A stretch of DNA of 64,000 nt from Lama guanicoe (GCA_013239625.1 MU055549.1:1575746-1639745); one strand, 5' to 3'; numbered from the stretch's first letter, positions 23,650-37,936 are shown. The notes: a model not told the origin generated them from the sequence alone. Numbers and translations: made by a program.

Positions 23650-25250
23650 AATTTTGTACACATAATGTCTGGAGTTCAATCAAGAATTATTAGGCATGTG
23701 AGGAGATACAGTCATATGAAAAATGAAGTGAAAAAAGACAGTAGAAAGAGACTCAATGGTGATGCAAATGTTGGCATTAGCAGATAAGACCTTTAAAATG
23801 CCCGTGACTAATATCTTCAAAAAATAAATTAATAGATGGGCAAGACGGATGAACAGTAAAGAGTTTCACCAGTCGAATGGAAATTCTAGAAGTGAGAGAT
23901 ACAATATGCAAAATTAAGGATGGGTTTGACAGAATGAGGCACAGAAAGCTGCAAGATGTGTGAGTGGAGGATGACAGAAGAGTTCCTCAGGAGCACGTGC
24001 AGGAGACAAGCCCGGGGACACAGATGCACCTTAGAGACATCTGCACACAAGTCAAAGTATCTGAAGCCATTGCAGCCGGGGTTCTGGGCTGGGCATAGGC
24101 TCTGTTTTGTTTTCAAGGAGCCATGTTTGAAGAAATATTTACATTTACAAAATTCAAACTTATAAATATTACAGAGTTGCTGTAAAATATGATAGCTTAC
24201 ATTCAAAATGACTCATGAACCATGAGAAGGAATAAGTAAAATAATAGCAAAACAAAACAAAACAAAAATAATGTAGGCTCTTTATGATAGAAACGCTGAA
24301 ACAAGGGGAAGCTTGCAAGAGCAGAAGAAAGGCTGCCTTCGGTGGAGCAACCGCGAGGCTGGCAGCTGACCTCTCCGCAGACCCGGGGGGGCCACCGGGA
24401 GCAGAGCCCACCTGCTCGGCGTCCGGGACCCAGTGAAACCCTCCAGCAACTGTGAGTGCGAAATAAGGATATTTTGTGGGGAAAAAAAAGAAAATTCGCC
24501 CCAGCGGAGCTTCATGGAAAGAAATACTGAAAAGAGTTCTTCAGGCAGGAAGAAAAGGACCCCAAACAGAAAAGCAAAAATGCAGTGGAACCCAGGGAAG
24601 TCGTGGCAACCCGGCCAGCAGGCGGGGAGGTAAACACGTGCGAATGTCAGCCGAGCAGCGGGGGCGAGACGGGGTCAGTGTTGTCTTGTGTGATTGTCAA
24701 TGCATTGAATTAACATTTCAGTTTAATTTTTAAAAATTAAAAGGCCTACCACCTGTAACTCAAAAGCAGAGGAAGGGGAATGGGGGTGGAGGGTTTTAGT
24801 TTCTATAATCGGGAAAGTGAGGAAGGCAAACTTGTATCAGGCTGCCACAAGTGAACAGTGTGCGTTTTGATTCCCCTGCAACACAGACGAGCGAAGAAAG
24901 ACTCTGTGACCATTGACTTAATGGAGAGAAAAATCAGATCGTTAAAATACTTGATTATCTTTGAAAAAGACAACAGCCAAAGAAGAGACATAAAAGATGT
25001 GGGTCCCACTGAGAACAATGGCCGATGGACCAGAGGTGACGGTAGTTCCACGAATGCAAGGTGACTAACTCAGTTTAAGGCCGAGATCATCAGACTGGGC
25101 AAAAGTAATACAGATTAATGGGATGCTTTTTATTAAAGATGTCATGTTTAATCTAAGAGTACAGAAAGATCAGAAGCCAAAACCAGAAAGACTGCTGATG
25201 CGAACACTGAGAATCAGTAGGCATCCATCAGCGCAGCTTCAAAACATATA
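23650..25250 (+). mobile_element. old L1M ORF1 to ORF2-start relic
   Basis: ATGTTGGCATTAGCAGATAAGACCTTTAAAA, ATGGAAATTCTAGAAGTGA, AAGAAATACTGAAAAGAGTTCTTCAGGCAG. Confidence 0.65.
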
Positions 25251-25269
25251 AAAATATGAAAATACAATT

Positions 25270-25985
25270 CAAATGGCAGTAAACACACATGAAGGCACTT
25301 CCCTTCACTAATTATCAGGAAATCACAAATTAAATTGTGAAATACAAATTAAATTAAACTGCAATGGTACTACAATGGCTAAAATTTTTAAAAAGATGAT
25401 TCCAGAGTTTGGCAAGCATGTGAATTAACTGGGAATTTTGTGTAGTGTCAGGAGTTTGAGAATTGGTATGACTTGTAAAGCCATTTGGCATTGTCAACTG
25501 AGGCTGAAGCTATTCAGACCCTGTGACCTGGAGCTTCCTCTCCTAAGTGTACACCCGGCAGAAATGTGTGCACGTGTGAGCCTAGACGTGTGCACGACGG
25601 TGACCGTGGCGGCACTATTCAAAATAGCCCCCGTTAGGCACAGTCCAAATCACTGTCCACACTGTGCTGGATAACACACTTTGGAATACGCAGCAGCAGC
25701 TACCTTGCAACACTGACAGCAGCAAACACAGCCACCCACACACAAGGCTGGGTCTCACGGACGTGCTGGTGGTGACAGAGCCGGTCACCACGCGCCCCCG
25801 TCCTGCTGACAGAGACCTGATGGTTCTAGGAGCTGCATGGCGGTTACCGTCAGCAGGGGTGGGGGGGTGCTGTTTCCTGTCCTGGAAGACTCTCTTGTCT
25901 GCTTCATCTTGTGGTAACTTCCTGAGCTGGACCTTTAGGATCTGAACATTGCTTTCAACAAAATAATTAAAAAATAAATACATGA
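25270..25985 (+). mobile_element. old L1M(E) ORF2 end/3' UTR relic
   Basis: TCACTAATTATCAGGAAAT..AATGGCTAAAATTTTTAAAAAG..CCCTGTGACCTGGAGCTTCCTCTCCTAAGT; A-rich end at about 25980. Confidence 0.7.
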
Positions 25986-28900
25986 GTGAGACAGCACTTC
26001 ATGATTTATGAGGATGGGAGTCTGTGCACTCATCCGAGGCTGCGCACCAAGGATGTCAGAGTCGCTCCCCAAAGCTGGCAAGGGGTGGGCGTGGGGAGTT
26101 AAGGAAATAAAGAAGAAATGGAGGAAGGGAGGAAAGTGGAGAAGGAATGACAGATGGACAGACAGACAGAGACCATCCTGCTGCTGTGCCATCACCCGAG
26201 AACTGAGAGCCACTCCCCTCTCTCCTCCGGGTCCTCGGACGGGGCAGCCTTTTTAGTCTCCAACCCACGAGTTTATACGTTTAGCACGTGACAGGCCCAC
26301 GACCCGGCATACATCCTCTCTTATAAACGCCTCAGTAAGTGTGTTCAGTGGTCAGGGCTGTTGGAGAGACGGTGGGAGGTGACACTTGTGCCAGCCCACA
26401 GGTGCATGCTAGACATTTTATTGAAAAGGGAACTGAAATGCATGCAGGTAAGACCCTGGCCCCACCCGAGGTGTCCGTCCGGGTGGAGGAGCAGGGACTG
26501 GAGCCCCTGGGGCAGAAGTGCGCTCAGGCTGTCCAGTGAGTGCAGACCCCACATTGACACATTCCAAGATGTGTGCTGCTTTCAGCAGTGGAACAGCCCT
26601 CAGCACAACGCAGCACCTTTCAGATGTCTCAAAAGGCAGGATCCGACAGGACCGATCATCCTTAAGTATATAAATGATCCTGGCCACTTCTCAAGCGGAC
26701 ACTGGCGGGAAGCATCTGAGTGCTGCTTACACATATGGCTTCATGATTCTGGTGGCTCTTGGACTAGTTAATGAAATAAAAACGTGTAACATCAGCTCAA
26801 ATGCCTCAGTGTCAACACCGAACACGTAAATGGCATCCAGCACGCATCAGCTCTGAGCACCGGTGTGCGGGAGCGCGTCTGTTGAACCCACAGGGGGGTG
26901 ACCCCTTCACCCAGTCTAACGCCCAGGCTCAGCCCCACAGGCTGCAGGACCCCAGGCCAGTCTCACACACGCGGCCCGCGGCCTCACCCGTGAAGTCAGG
27001 CTTTCTAGCACCAGCTTTGGGTGGGGGGTGGCCTAAAGATTCAGTGAGATCGTGCATGTGGAAGCACCCAGTGCAGAAATGAGGCTGGTGTTCCGTGGAT
27101 GTCAGAGCTCCAGCGGCTTCCTCTCAGTCCCGAGCCTGGGGGCTGCGGTGGGAAAGTGCTGGGAACAGGCTGGCCCTGCTTTGCCGTCTTCAAGGATGCT
27201 CAGAAATTCTGCCCGGTTCTCTGGAGAGTGCCTGGTGGGCACGGCCCTTGTCTTGTAGATAAGGAAGACCAGGCTGTCCTCCAAGGTCACACACACGACC
27301 TGCAGGCAGGGAGGGAAGACCCAGCTCCCAATCCGCAGCGTGCACCCCAGCCCCCCAGAAGGCACTTGCAGGAAGGCATTTCGGCAGCAGTGGCGATGGA
27401 ACAGTTAGAAAATGGATCTGAGTAGAAACGTACGTCATGTTTATAGGTTTTAAAAAGCTTTCTCAGGACATTTACCCAAACTAGGCTATTAAGACAACAC
27501 TTTCTGGCTGTCAGATCCGTTCACCGGTTCTTCTCACTTTTCTTCATTTTCTCAGCCAATGGGAGTATTAAAAGATCTGCTTAGTAAACTAATTTTTTAA
27601 GTTCCAAGAGAAAAATACAAGCTGAGAGCTCACACTGCCTCTTCCCTAATCTTTTTAGCTCAGTGGAAAATTGACTGTGGTCCTCTCCATTTTCCCCTTC
27701 ACAGGCCACTGGTGACACATCGTAGGGGTAATAGTGAGAAAATGGAATTCTCTCTCCCGTCCAGACACACACGACATCATTCAAGCCCCCGCATTTCCAG
27801 TCCCTTCTCTCCAGCTCGCCACGAGGACGGGGCAAGTCCGAATGAACCTTCAGAAGAGAAATACCGAGGCCGCGTGTGACTGTATGGTCCATCCGTTTTG
27901 AACTGCATTTCTGTAATGATCTCATCATTACCACCTCCACTCTGATGGGCAGTCTCCTCTCTGAGGGGTTAGCGTGCAGATCTGCTGAGTGACTTTTTAC
28001 GCTGGGGCGCCGTAGGGCCCTACGGTTTTCGGGAAAAATGAACAAAGGAAACGATTTTCAAATGGAAGGAAGAGAGGCACAGCCCGCTCCAAGGGGAGAT
28101 GCGCGCCCTGCCGACCTCAGTGGCTGTCTGCCTCTGGGGTCTGCAGGGCCCTCAGCCCCCGGGTCTCTGAGACGTGGCCCTGCTGCTTCCTGCCACCCTG
28201 ACTCACTTGTCCCTGCTTCTCCCTCTTCTGTGCCGTGTGTCTTCCCCGCCTGCACTTGTGCGGGGGACGACACACACTCCAGGACCCCAGTGTGGGACAA
28301 AACCCCCAGTGACTGCCATTTGCTCCTTGCTAGTCGCACAGTAAGCCACCTGGAGTGCGGCGGGCTTCAGCTACTGGCTACTCTGTGTCTGGGCTGTCAG
28401 TGGATCTCAGGTCCTTCAGTCCTTACCAGAAGGACAGCACTGTTTCCTCTCCCTGCGGGGACCCTGGAGACCCCGTGACCATCACCCATAGGAGCCCCGG
28501 CCCCTCCGCCCTACACCTGCCCTCACCCTGCTCACCCTGCAGGTTGGTCTCCACCCCAGCTTCCTCCGTAACACCTGTGCCGGTCTCGTAAACACCCTCC
28601 TTTCCTCCACCTCGTCCTCCCTCATCAATTCTCCTTTGAAGGGTCAGGAATCTTAGCTGAAAGTTGGACATTGTCAACGTGCTTGAAGCCCCGCTGTCTC
28701 CCCAGTGTCCTCAGATAAATTCCCTGGACCCCAGGGCTCCCAGGGTCCTCGATGACCTGGCCTCCCCGCCCTCTGCCCCACGCGAGGCACCCTGTGCTGT
28801 GAGCGACGCCAGCCCCTCCTGGGCCCACACAGGCGCCCTCTCTCCCTCCAGTCCACGTGCCTTTGGATAAGCTTCCCAGGGCTGCCGTGACAAGGCACCC

Positions 28901-29530
28901 AGCGGCCCCACACCTGGAGGCGCTTCTCAGGAGGGTCCGTAGCTGATGGAGAGAAGGACGTGGAGAGAAGGGAACAGAGGGCTCAGTGGTGAGGCGCCGA
29001 GGGGTTAGGGCCGCCCCCAATCCTGGGGATCCTGGCGTCAGGTAAGGATGGGTGGTGACTGGGGCCAAAGGGAAGGTTCGTGGGGCTTCATCTGGTGAGG
29101 TGTGGGCTGGGCGGGGCAGCGGGGGCGAGGGTCCAGTGGCTGCAGAGCTGTCCCGACGCTCAGCAGAACCAAGGGCGAATCAGTGCTTCACTGGAGGAGG
29201 GGCCACCAGGCTGTAGAGCGTCTTCCCGGCAGAGTTCCCGGCGGGGCTCCAGCTGGGTTAGGCTTTTCCAAAGGTGCCTCTCAACTCAGTGCTGTCTGGA
29301 CCTCTGTTCTCAGGTCTCTGGGAGGTGTGTTAAACTCAGATCAAAGCAGGCGTGACTCAGCACCTTTCATGCCTGTCTGGTGTTTGCTCCGACATGGAGT
29401 CCCTGGGCGTGTGTCTGTGTGTCCGCGGACACCTGGGTGTGAGTTACGGGGCGGCTGAGGCCCGGTAGGAGTCAGCGGAACTCCGGCTCCCTAGCAGAGG
29501 ATGTGCTGGGTATTTGAGCCTCAAGCTCCC

Positions 29531-29832
29531 AGCTCTGCAAAAATGGCCACGTGCCAAATGTAGCTGGCCATGGTTTTCGCTTGACCCAAAGATAAGAACA
29601 GTCTTTGTGTTTCTAATCATCAAAAATCTCAGAAGAGGAATGCTACTTGATGACGTGAAAACTGTGTGATGTTTTGCAAGTTGCGCCGTCCATGGACAAG
29701 GCAGACTGGAACCAGCACGCTGTGCGCTTTCCTGTCTTCTGTGGTTGCCTGGGCCCTGAAACAGACCCTCTGCCCCACAAGCTGAAAGCATTCACTATCC
29801 GGTCCTCCACAGAAGAGGTCTGCCGACCCCGG
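29531..29832 (+). mobile_element. MER58B-like hAT-Charlie DNA transposon relic
   Basis: Ends AAGCATTCACTATCCGGTCCTCCACAGAAGAGGTCTGCCGACCCC; internal AGAAGAGGAAT..GACGTGAAAAC. Confidence 0.75.
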
Positions 29833-30997
29833 TGAGGGCGACAGACACACACGGACCCCGTGAACCAGAGGGTCTGAGGGTGGGACCCGGCGTCTGAGTG
29901 GTGTCGCTGGCGTGTCGTGTGGCGCCCGCTGGAGGCGAGACTGAGGCCTCAGGGAACTAGACAGCGGCGCTCCTTGAAGGCAGAGTAGCCTTGGGCTCCT
30001 CGAGCTCGCCAGGGTGGGCGGAGCACTCGGCTCAGTCTACGGCCCTATACGTAGCCCCGTGTCTGTGTCTGGGGGGCCGGAGCGCCAGCTTTTACACCCC
30101 TGCCGTTTAAGGTGGAATCAGGCAATGGAAGAGTCCAGAAGGAGACCGAGTCAGAAGACTAAATGCTCACGCGGGCGGCGCCCAGCCTGGCGGCCGCCTA
30201 GCCCTGGACCTGAGGGCGCAGGAGCCCCCTCGAAGCTCCACGTCATTGGCTGGGTCGGCTCATGCTGTCGTTGGCACTCGTGTCCTTTCTAATTTCAAGG
30301 TCGTCTTCCTCCTCAACGCTGGGCACACGTCCCCCTCCTGCAGGGCGCATGCTGATGCGTCCTGGTAAGGGACGAATTTCTATAAAACTCGATTATAGAT
30401 TCTGCCTTTGCTGATCCCAAGGGAAGTTTGCGTCCGTCCTACCTCAGAACCTACCGGAAGGGGCCCTGCTTCACTCCAGGGCATTTTACAGCAATTTTTA
30501 TTTCTCTGCAGACTTAACGCTTGAGGCAACGCGACCACCTTATGAATGATGACGTGAAAGTGTGGCCTTCTTCTTGGTGCGCCTGGAGGGGCTGGGGTCT
30601 GGTGTCGGGGGAGGCTCTTCGGTGCATCTTGTCCAGGGAGCCGAACGTGAGAGTGTCTTCTCACTGGCACCCGGTGACTCCGCCCGCCGGCCAGCTCCCT
30701 GGTGACAACTCTGCAGACTGAGCAGGAGCTTTAGCTTACAACGTGCTGACCGGACGCTGACTTTGTATCTTCAAATAAAATTCAGGGCTGTGTTGGTTGT
30801 TGACTGAGATGCATGTGTCTCAACCTGAAAGGTGGCCGGGGCCCTCGGGAGCCCCCGGCAGTGCGGCTGTTCCATCGTCATCCCGTCCCCTGGGGGGGTG
30901 GTGCCATGGCTCTGCCGAGACAGCTACTGCTGCCACACCTGCCGCAGTGGGGCCAGCGCACTGCTGCTCGCTGGGGGGACCTCTGGCTGCAGCCGGC

Positions 30998-31410
30998 TGT
31001 TAGATTCCTAGGGGGTCCATGACAACGGACCACGAGAAGAGGGCTTAAAACCACAGATATGTGCTGTCTCCCCGTCTGGAGGCCAGAAGTTCAACATCAA
31101 GGTGTTGGCTGGGTTGGTTCCTACTGGAAGCTCAGAGGGAGAATCTGAGGGTCTCACACTTCTGCCCCAGCTTACCTTGGCCACTGGCATCCCCTGGTGT
31201 CCCTCGGCATGGAGATGCCTCCCTCCCCGCTGTGTGCCCCTGTGTCTCTCTTTTTATGACCTGGTCATTGGGTGTAGGGCCACCCTAATGCCATACGACC
31301 TCGTTTGAACTTGATCATGTTTGCAAATCTATTTCCAGCTAAGGTCCCGCCCCCAGGCACTCAGGTTAGGACTTTAGCATAACCTTTTAGGGACACAGTT
31401 CAACCTGAAA
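30998..31410 (-). mobile_element. MaLR solo LTR (MLT1B/C-like)
   Basis: GGCTTAAAACCACAGA..TCTGGAGGCCAGAAGTTCAACATCAAGGTGTTGGC..GGGCCACCCTAAT..GGGACACAGTTCAACC. Confidence 0.85.
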
Positions 31411-33040
31411 GTCACTGTCTTATTCACGCCGTCTACTTGGAGGGCTGAGTCCTCTCTGCTCACCAGCCACCAGGCTGAGACGGTGTGAGGAAAGCTCTGT
31501 CACCCGTGCGCCTGTCCTCCTGCGGTCTGGGGAGAGGAGGACCTCCCTGCAGGTGGTGGTGGGCTGTGCATCCCCAGCAGCCTTTGGCTCTTACTTGACC
31601 CCCACGGCAGCCGCGGGGGGAAAGGAGACCAGGATCTGAGTCCCGTGGGGGGGACCGGCCCCCGAGCCCCAGCGCCGGCCCACCACCAGGCTGCTGTGCG
31701 TCCGTCGGGGCAGCGCTGGGGCTGGCACCGGGAGTTTCAAGGCTCCTTCCCGCCACAGCGGGCAGCCCCTGGAGATGGGTCCTTGGTGGCACTTCTCGTT
31801 TGCTGAGTTGCCTTCTCGCTGACGGCTGGGCCTGAGTTTTCTCCCCAGACATGAATGCAACAAGCCGACCCCACCTGGGAAGACTAGCTGTGCCTTTAGT
31901 TCATAATCGCCCTGAATTGTGGGCCCGATTAAAATGTCTACACCATGGGCATGATCTTGGCACGTAACAGAGAAACATCCTCTCTTAAAGCCACTCCGTT
32001 GAGCTTGAATCAACTTTGCAAAGAATTGATCCATGAACCGTGGGACACAAGGCCAAGGAGTGTCCTGGGGTCAATCCTGAGGGCTGTCCTGGGGGCTCAG
32101 GGGGCCCCGAGGGTCTGCCCTGTCGTCACAGGCTGTCACAGGTCCCGACACCCCAGAGGAATGTCACCCTCAAGAGGGGCCCCTTGCCTGTGGCAGGCAG
32201 CCTGGCCCAGCGCAGGTCGCCCGCTGAGGCTGCCCAGCTGTTCTGATAATTAGTGGAGCAACGCTGGGTGCTGTGCAGTTAACACGCTTGCAGTGTTCCG
32301 TCATTGTGGGGAGCTCAGATCACAGATATCTGTCCGCTTGACGTGTTTGTCACCTGTGTTTTCATAATTACTCGACTTTGATTTCGTATTAACCATTAAA
32401 ATGACATGTAGGTACGAACAGCCCGCAGAATGGCCATAATCCCCTGAGGGGAGAGGCGTATGACAGTTTACACAGACAGGGCGTCTGGCCCGAACCCCTC
32501 CCGCAGGCGGGAGGTGGGTCAGATGACACCCTGAGATTCCTAAGGGGTGTCAATTCTCCGCAGCTGTGACGCTGGTTTCAGTCTGAGTGGTCACAAAGCT
32601 TAGGGAGCTCTGGTCACAGTAGCTCTGCATTTGAGGAAACACAGAGATTAAGTGAGAACGCACTGCAGAGGGAGTCACGCAAGACCGCCGCCTCTAGGTG
32701 ACGCCCGCCACTGCTGATTCTTTGAACCTGAGCTGCCCCACAGGGTCACTCCCGTCTGTCCTTGTCCCTCAGAAGGAGGATCGAGGCACAGGAGGGTCTA
32801 GAAACTGGCTCTACGGGTGATGGACTGCTCATGGCCACACCTGGTGCCGGAGCCGCGGTCCTGGACCTCTGGGACCTGAGAGCCCGCAGCCCCAGCTCCT
32901 CACTGGCTCCTCAGACCCCCGACCCCCACCCCCGCCCAGCCTCGCTTGGTCCGTGGTCCCCTCTGTGCTCCTGGGGGACAACGCCCTTGCCTCACGTGGG
33001 CACGTAGGTGTGTCATCTCCACCCTCCGTCTTGCGTTCTG

Positions 33041-33155
33041 GTCTCCCTGCCTTCACGGAGCCCCTGTCTGCCTGGACCTCCCCTCCCTGCCCTCAGTCAG
33101 TCTCCCTGCCTTCAAGGAGCCCCCGGCTGTCTGGGCCTCCCCTCCCTGCCCTCAG
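33041..33155 (+). repeat. 59-bp tandem duplication (2 copies, about 5 mismatches)
   Basis: GTCTCCCTGCCTTCA(C/A)GGAGCCCC...CCTCCCCTCCCTGCCCTCAG at 33041 and 33100. Confidence 0.9.
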
Positions 33156-36100
33156 AGATGGTACCTCCGTGCTGTCCATTTGCAAGGATGTCGCCCAAAT
33201 GGGGGCAAAGAGCATGGCATCCTGGGAGGGTGAGCCCCTCAAAACGCCTCTCTTAGTCTGACCCCACAGCCAGCCAGTCAGAAGGCTGCCGTGCGCAGGC
33301 GGGGGCCCCAGAGGATGCCTCCAGGTAACCTGCCCAGACGGAAGGTGCCCACGGGTCTCCTCGCCAGGTGGGTGCCCCCACCAACGCTCTCCCCAAACCC
33401 CCCCGTCTGCGCTGCCCCTGAGTCCGTGCACAGCAGTGGCCTCGTCCAGAGGTCTCTGTGCTTCCGGGCTCCTCCTGCCACCCGCGCCCGTGCCTGACCT
33501 CCCAGGACCCCGCGGAGGCGCGGGCGGTGTGGCGAGGGGTATGTGGGCGTCCTGCGGCTGGTCTGGGCGCGGGCCTTTCCATCTTGTTTGCTGTGTGCCC
33601 TTCGCCCGTAACTGGCCTTCTGGACGTCAGCCCCCCGTGTTTAAATGAGGGAGTTGACACAGCTTTTGGGGTTGTGGTGAAGGCTGACGAGACGACACAG
33701 GCTGGGGGCTCCCTGCCCGTGGCTGCTTGACCGCAGCCCCCAGTCCCGCTTCGGGGCAGGCGTCGTTTGGGACGAAAGCCCCTTTCCAACTACAGCTGAT
33801 TCCCGTCATTCGAGGCAGTTGGATGCTGTAAGATGCCCTCAAGACCGGAATCAGCAAACCCCGGACCGTGGTTCCTGGGGAAATGCAGGGTTAGGGTCTG
33901 GTCGCACGTTCTCACCACTGCTCATACGTGAGCCGTGTGCTCAGAGACGCCTCCTTTAATACGCGGGCTTGATTCACTGTCACTGACCCCACGGCCGACA
34001 GCACCGAGGGTCCCGAGGAGGCGGATCTAAGCCCTGGGCTTCCCCGCGAGCGCGTCCCAGCTTCCCTGCGCGCGGGCCCCGGGGCGGCATCTCTGCATGG
34101 CTCTCCGGGGCCATCGAGGCAGCAAGACCACCAACAAAGCCCACGGAAATCCTGCCCTAAACAGACTGTGACCCGCCTCTGCTTCTATCCTGCCCTGGAC
34201 GGGCTGCGGCCGCCTCTGCTTTTGCTCTGAGAGCCGAGCCCGGGCGCAGAGGGCTGCCTGGTTTGGCCTCTGCTGGCGGTGAGCCCGGGGGCTCTTCAAA
34301 CCGTTCACCCCCCGTGTGTCCGCAAGAGACTGTGAAAGCACCGTGGGTGTCGTTCGGGGCCACAAATAACCCCGGTGAGGAGGTGACGCCGCAGCGAGGA
34401 TTCCACAGGGGCCCCGGGTCCACTCCCTCTGCCCCAGACGCCCGTGACTCTCGTTGCTTCCCGCGCCCACTGAAGGCGCCGCAGCCAAACCCAGCCCCCT
34501 CTCAGCTCGGCCGCGGCTCCCCGGCTTCTCCCCCTGGAGAAGCCCCCCACAATGGGGCGATGGGGCCTTTCCCCCTGGAGGCCTGGCCAGGGCGGGAGGT
34601 GGGCTGTGGGGGGACCTGGGGTCCACCCGGGAGGGATGTGGTCTCCCACTCTCCTCTCCCAGCTGCGAGGGCCTGGTTGCTCCTCACCTGTGCCTTACCT
34701 GCTCTGGGCCGTCTCCTTGCCTGCGCTAGGTGGCTGTGTCCCTCATTCCACGAGGAGGGGAGGATTAAACGACATGACGCAGGTGGGCAGGACCAGGCAC
34801 AGGGGATGCTGCCCGGCTGCGATGCAGAGCTCTGGCCTCTCTGGTCCTCTGTCTCTGCATCTCTCCACGTTCTCTTGTCTCCATCCGGTCCTGCTGGGGG
34901 CACCCGGCTGCGCTGAGCCCCGGAGCACTCCTGCCGCCCCACTGCAGGCCAGACCACAGAGGGGATGGGGACTTGCCACATGTCTGCGTCTCCCCGCCCG
35001 CAACCCGGGGCTCTCCCCCGACCACCCCAAACCCTCATCTCCATACTGCCAGCATCGCCCTGGACCCCATGTGGGGAGATTCCACTCTGCTCTGCTCCTT
35101 GAAGGAATGACACTTGTATCTGTGCAGATGCTTCTCACAAATAAGGCTTCTGACGTCTGAAACATTCTGCCGTTGTTTATTGCTGTTTCCAGGAAGAAAA
35201 ACTGAGTTTAGAGCCAAGCCATCAATACTGCTTCGTGTTCACAGCCCCACACATTAACGTGAAATTCCAGAGGAACCCTCCCCATCTGTCTGCCCGCCTC
35301 TGCAGCCCCGTAGGTGGAGCCTCCATCTCTGGGTGACTGACCGGCTGACACTGTGAGCTTCAGTGTCTTTACTGCGTCTGACCGGGCACACAGCTTGGCC
35401 CACGGGGCCCAGGACAGGGGCCCCCCTGCACAGGCTGTCTGTGCCTCAGGCAGTCTCCCTGTGGTTGACAGTGAGGCCCAGCAGGCGCTGAGACAGGGAC
35501 GCTGTAGACTGGGGCCAAGGGCACACCAGCCGGCTGAGCTGGCTCCTGGCTGAGGACTCCCAGCGCCTTGCAGAGGGACCAAGGTGGGAGGCGAGGTTGA
35601 CGCCCCCTGTGCGGGGGGCCCTCTCCAGACCTGTCACTGTCACTGCAGAGCCCCCGTCGTGTGCTGGGTGCTTTTGGAGCCTCTGCAGGGGCACCGAGGG
35701 CCCCCTTGTGCACGCTGGGTGCCGGGCTGTGTGCTTTAGGTGACCATGCCAGTCAGGCCAGTTTTGGAGGTCAGGGTCAGCCGTGGAGCCTGGTGGGGGT
35801 GGGTCATGGGGGGCAGTCCTCCCGAATGCTGGGCTTGGCCAGGCCAGAGCAGCTGAGACAAGACTCCAGGTCATGGGGGCGGTGGGGGGCCATCGGGCTG
35901 GCTCCTTCTGACCCCTGCCTGCCCCCGGGTCCCAGGGCTCAGCCGAGGAGGGCCCCCCTCCTTCCGCTCCCCCCTGCAGACTCCGTTCTCCTTCCCTCCC
36001 CTCCGGGCTGTCCTGGGAACTCACTTTTCCCTCATGCTGCTTTGGCTTCTAGGGAGGAAGCTGGGATGAAGTTCAGGGCGTGGCCGCCTCCCTCCCTAGG

Positions 36101-37827
36101 TCATCAGCAGGAGCTGCACCCGTCCCCCCTGAGGGTGACGGCTCCGGGTGCCGCACGGGCAGGTGGAGCCTCTTCCCTCGAGCAGAGTCTGGAGTCAGTA
36201 AGCAGACCCCGTTCTGCGGGACCTAATAGGATCAGAACCGGCAGTGTTTCCACCTTCTGCGGGGCCACGGTGCCAAGACAGCCTGAGAGCCAGAAAGGGT
36301 CCAATTAGGAGGAACGTTTTGCTTTAAATGAGCCCCTTCCACCCTCAGACTCTTACAAGCTGCTCTCGGGACAGCCGGGTTTTCCTCATTCGCTTTCCTC
36401 TGCGCATTGACCACTGCCAACTTTAGATCTAAAAGTGGGGAACGCAGGGTGATTTCAGGGTCAGTCTCCCAGCCGATCCCTGGTCAAGGGATCTCAAGCC
36501 CAGGAGCCGGCAGCGGAGGAGAGCCGTCCGGTCCGATCTGGGGAAGCTTCCCGGAAGCCAATCACAGTGCAGCTGGCCCCGGCCGACTGCCTGCTCTGGA
36601 GTCTCCCGCGTCTGGTTTCAGGCCTTCTGACAACTCACCTTTGGTAAGAAAGAAGCCCGTCATTCAAAGTGGCAAATGGGACGTGGCCACGGCCCCACTG
36701 TTGTTGCATTTTCCCTTGTTCTGCCCTTCAGGGAACCAGCAGACCCTTGCTCTTAAGCCGGGAGGGAGGCTCACTGTCCGGCAGGAGGGGCCCAGGAGCC
36801 ACCTTCGCCCCCAAGGCCTTGCTGCAGTGAAGCTGCCATCAGCGTCTCAAGGCAGGGGCCGAGCTGCGTGTGCAGTGCTGGGCGGGCCGCCCGGATGTTC
36901 TGGCAGGTGTGAGGCTGGCCTGGCACCATCCTCAGGACCTGAAGGCCACCTGCTCTTCCAAGCCCGTGTGGAGCTGGCACAGCATTCTGGCCTCTCTCCC
37001 AGCACACTAGCCTCAATGGGCTGGTCGCAAAAACGTCCTCTTGTGTGTGGGGGTGTCAGCCAGGCCCCCCCACCTCACTCAGACAAAACACTGCCCAGAA
37101 CATGCCGAGAGGGGACAGTCTTACAAAATGCTTGGGAGCATACTGGTTGACTGCCTACTCCATCCGTAAAAATCAGCGAATAAGCGTCTTCACCTTCATG
37201 CCTTTGGGGACCACTGGGGCACGTGACATGTGCAACAGCTAAGCAAAGCAAGCAGCTGCGGACCCCTCTCTAAATGTAACTGAACGTTACCCAATGCAAA
37301 TGACTTCAATTTTAATGTAATCAATGCTGAGCTGTTTCTTCTGGCCGTCAACGACGTGTTTACCAAGACCTGCTCCCCCGCTGGCGTCCTTCCATCGGCG
37401 TGAAGGCTGCCAGTGCCCCTGGTTAGGACAACAGAGCGCTCAGCAGCTCTTGTCACATCTGAACTGCCTTAATTAGATGAAAAACCACCACCCCACCTTG
37501 TTAGCGCCGTTTAGATCGAGGAATGAGCCCGTCATCTTGCAAATCTGCCCGTTTTCAGCAGACGAGTTTGGTCTGGAATGAGACAGTCGTTAACCTGCAG
37601 GGTTCAATACTAAGAAGACGCAAGACCGGAGACTGTCTGTGGGCTGGGCTGTCCCCAGACTCGCAGGAGGTCAGCAAAAGCGGCACTTGGTCCTGGGAGC
37701 CTTGAAAGGTTTCACGGGGAGACGGGAGAGCAATGAAGAAGTGACAGGGCACGGCGTCTGCATCTGCACCGCTTTTCAGGGCAAGTTAGTGAACGAATAC
37801 ATGGCAGATGATGATGAGAAATGAGAT

Positions 37828-37936
37828 GGGGGAGGTAGAGCTCAGGGGTAGAGCATGTGCTTGGCACACACGAGGTCCTGGGTTCAGTCCCCAGTGCCTC
37901 CATTGAAAGGAAAAAGAAGGAAGAAAGGAAGAAAGG
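37828..37936 (+). mobile_element. tRNA-Ala-derived SINE (Vic-1-like), more diverged copy
   Basis: GGGGGAGGTAGAGCTCAGGGGTAGAGCATGTGCTTGGCACACACGAGGTCCTGGGTTCAGTCCCCAGTGCCTCCA plus an A/G-rich tail; homologous to 1827-1926. Confidence 0.9.
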
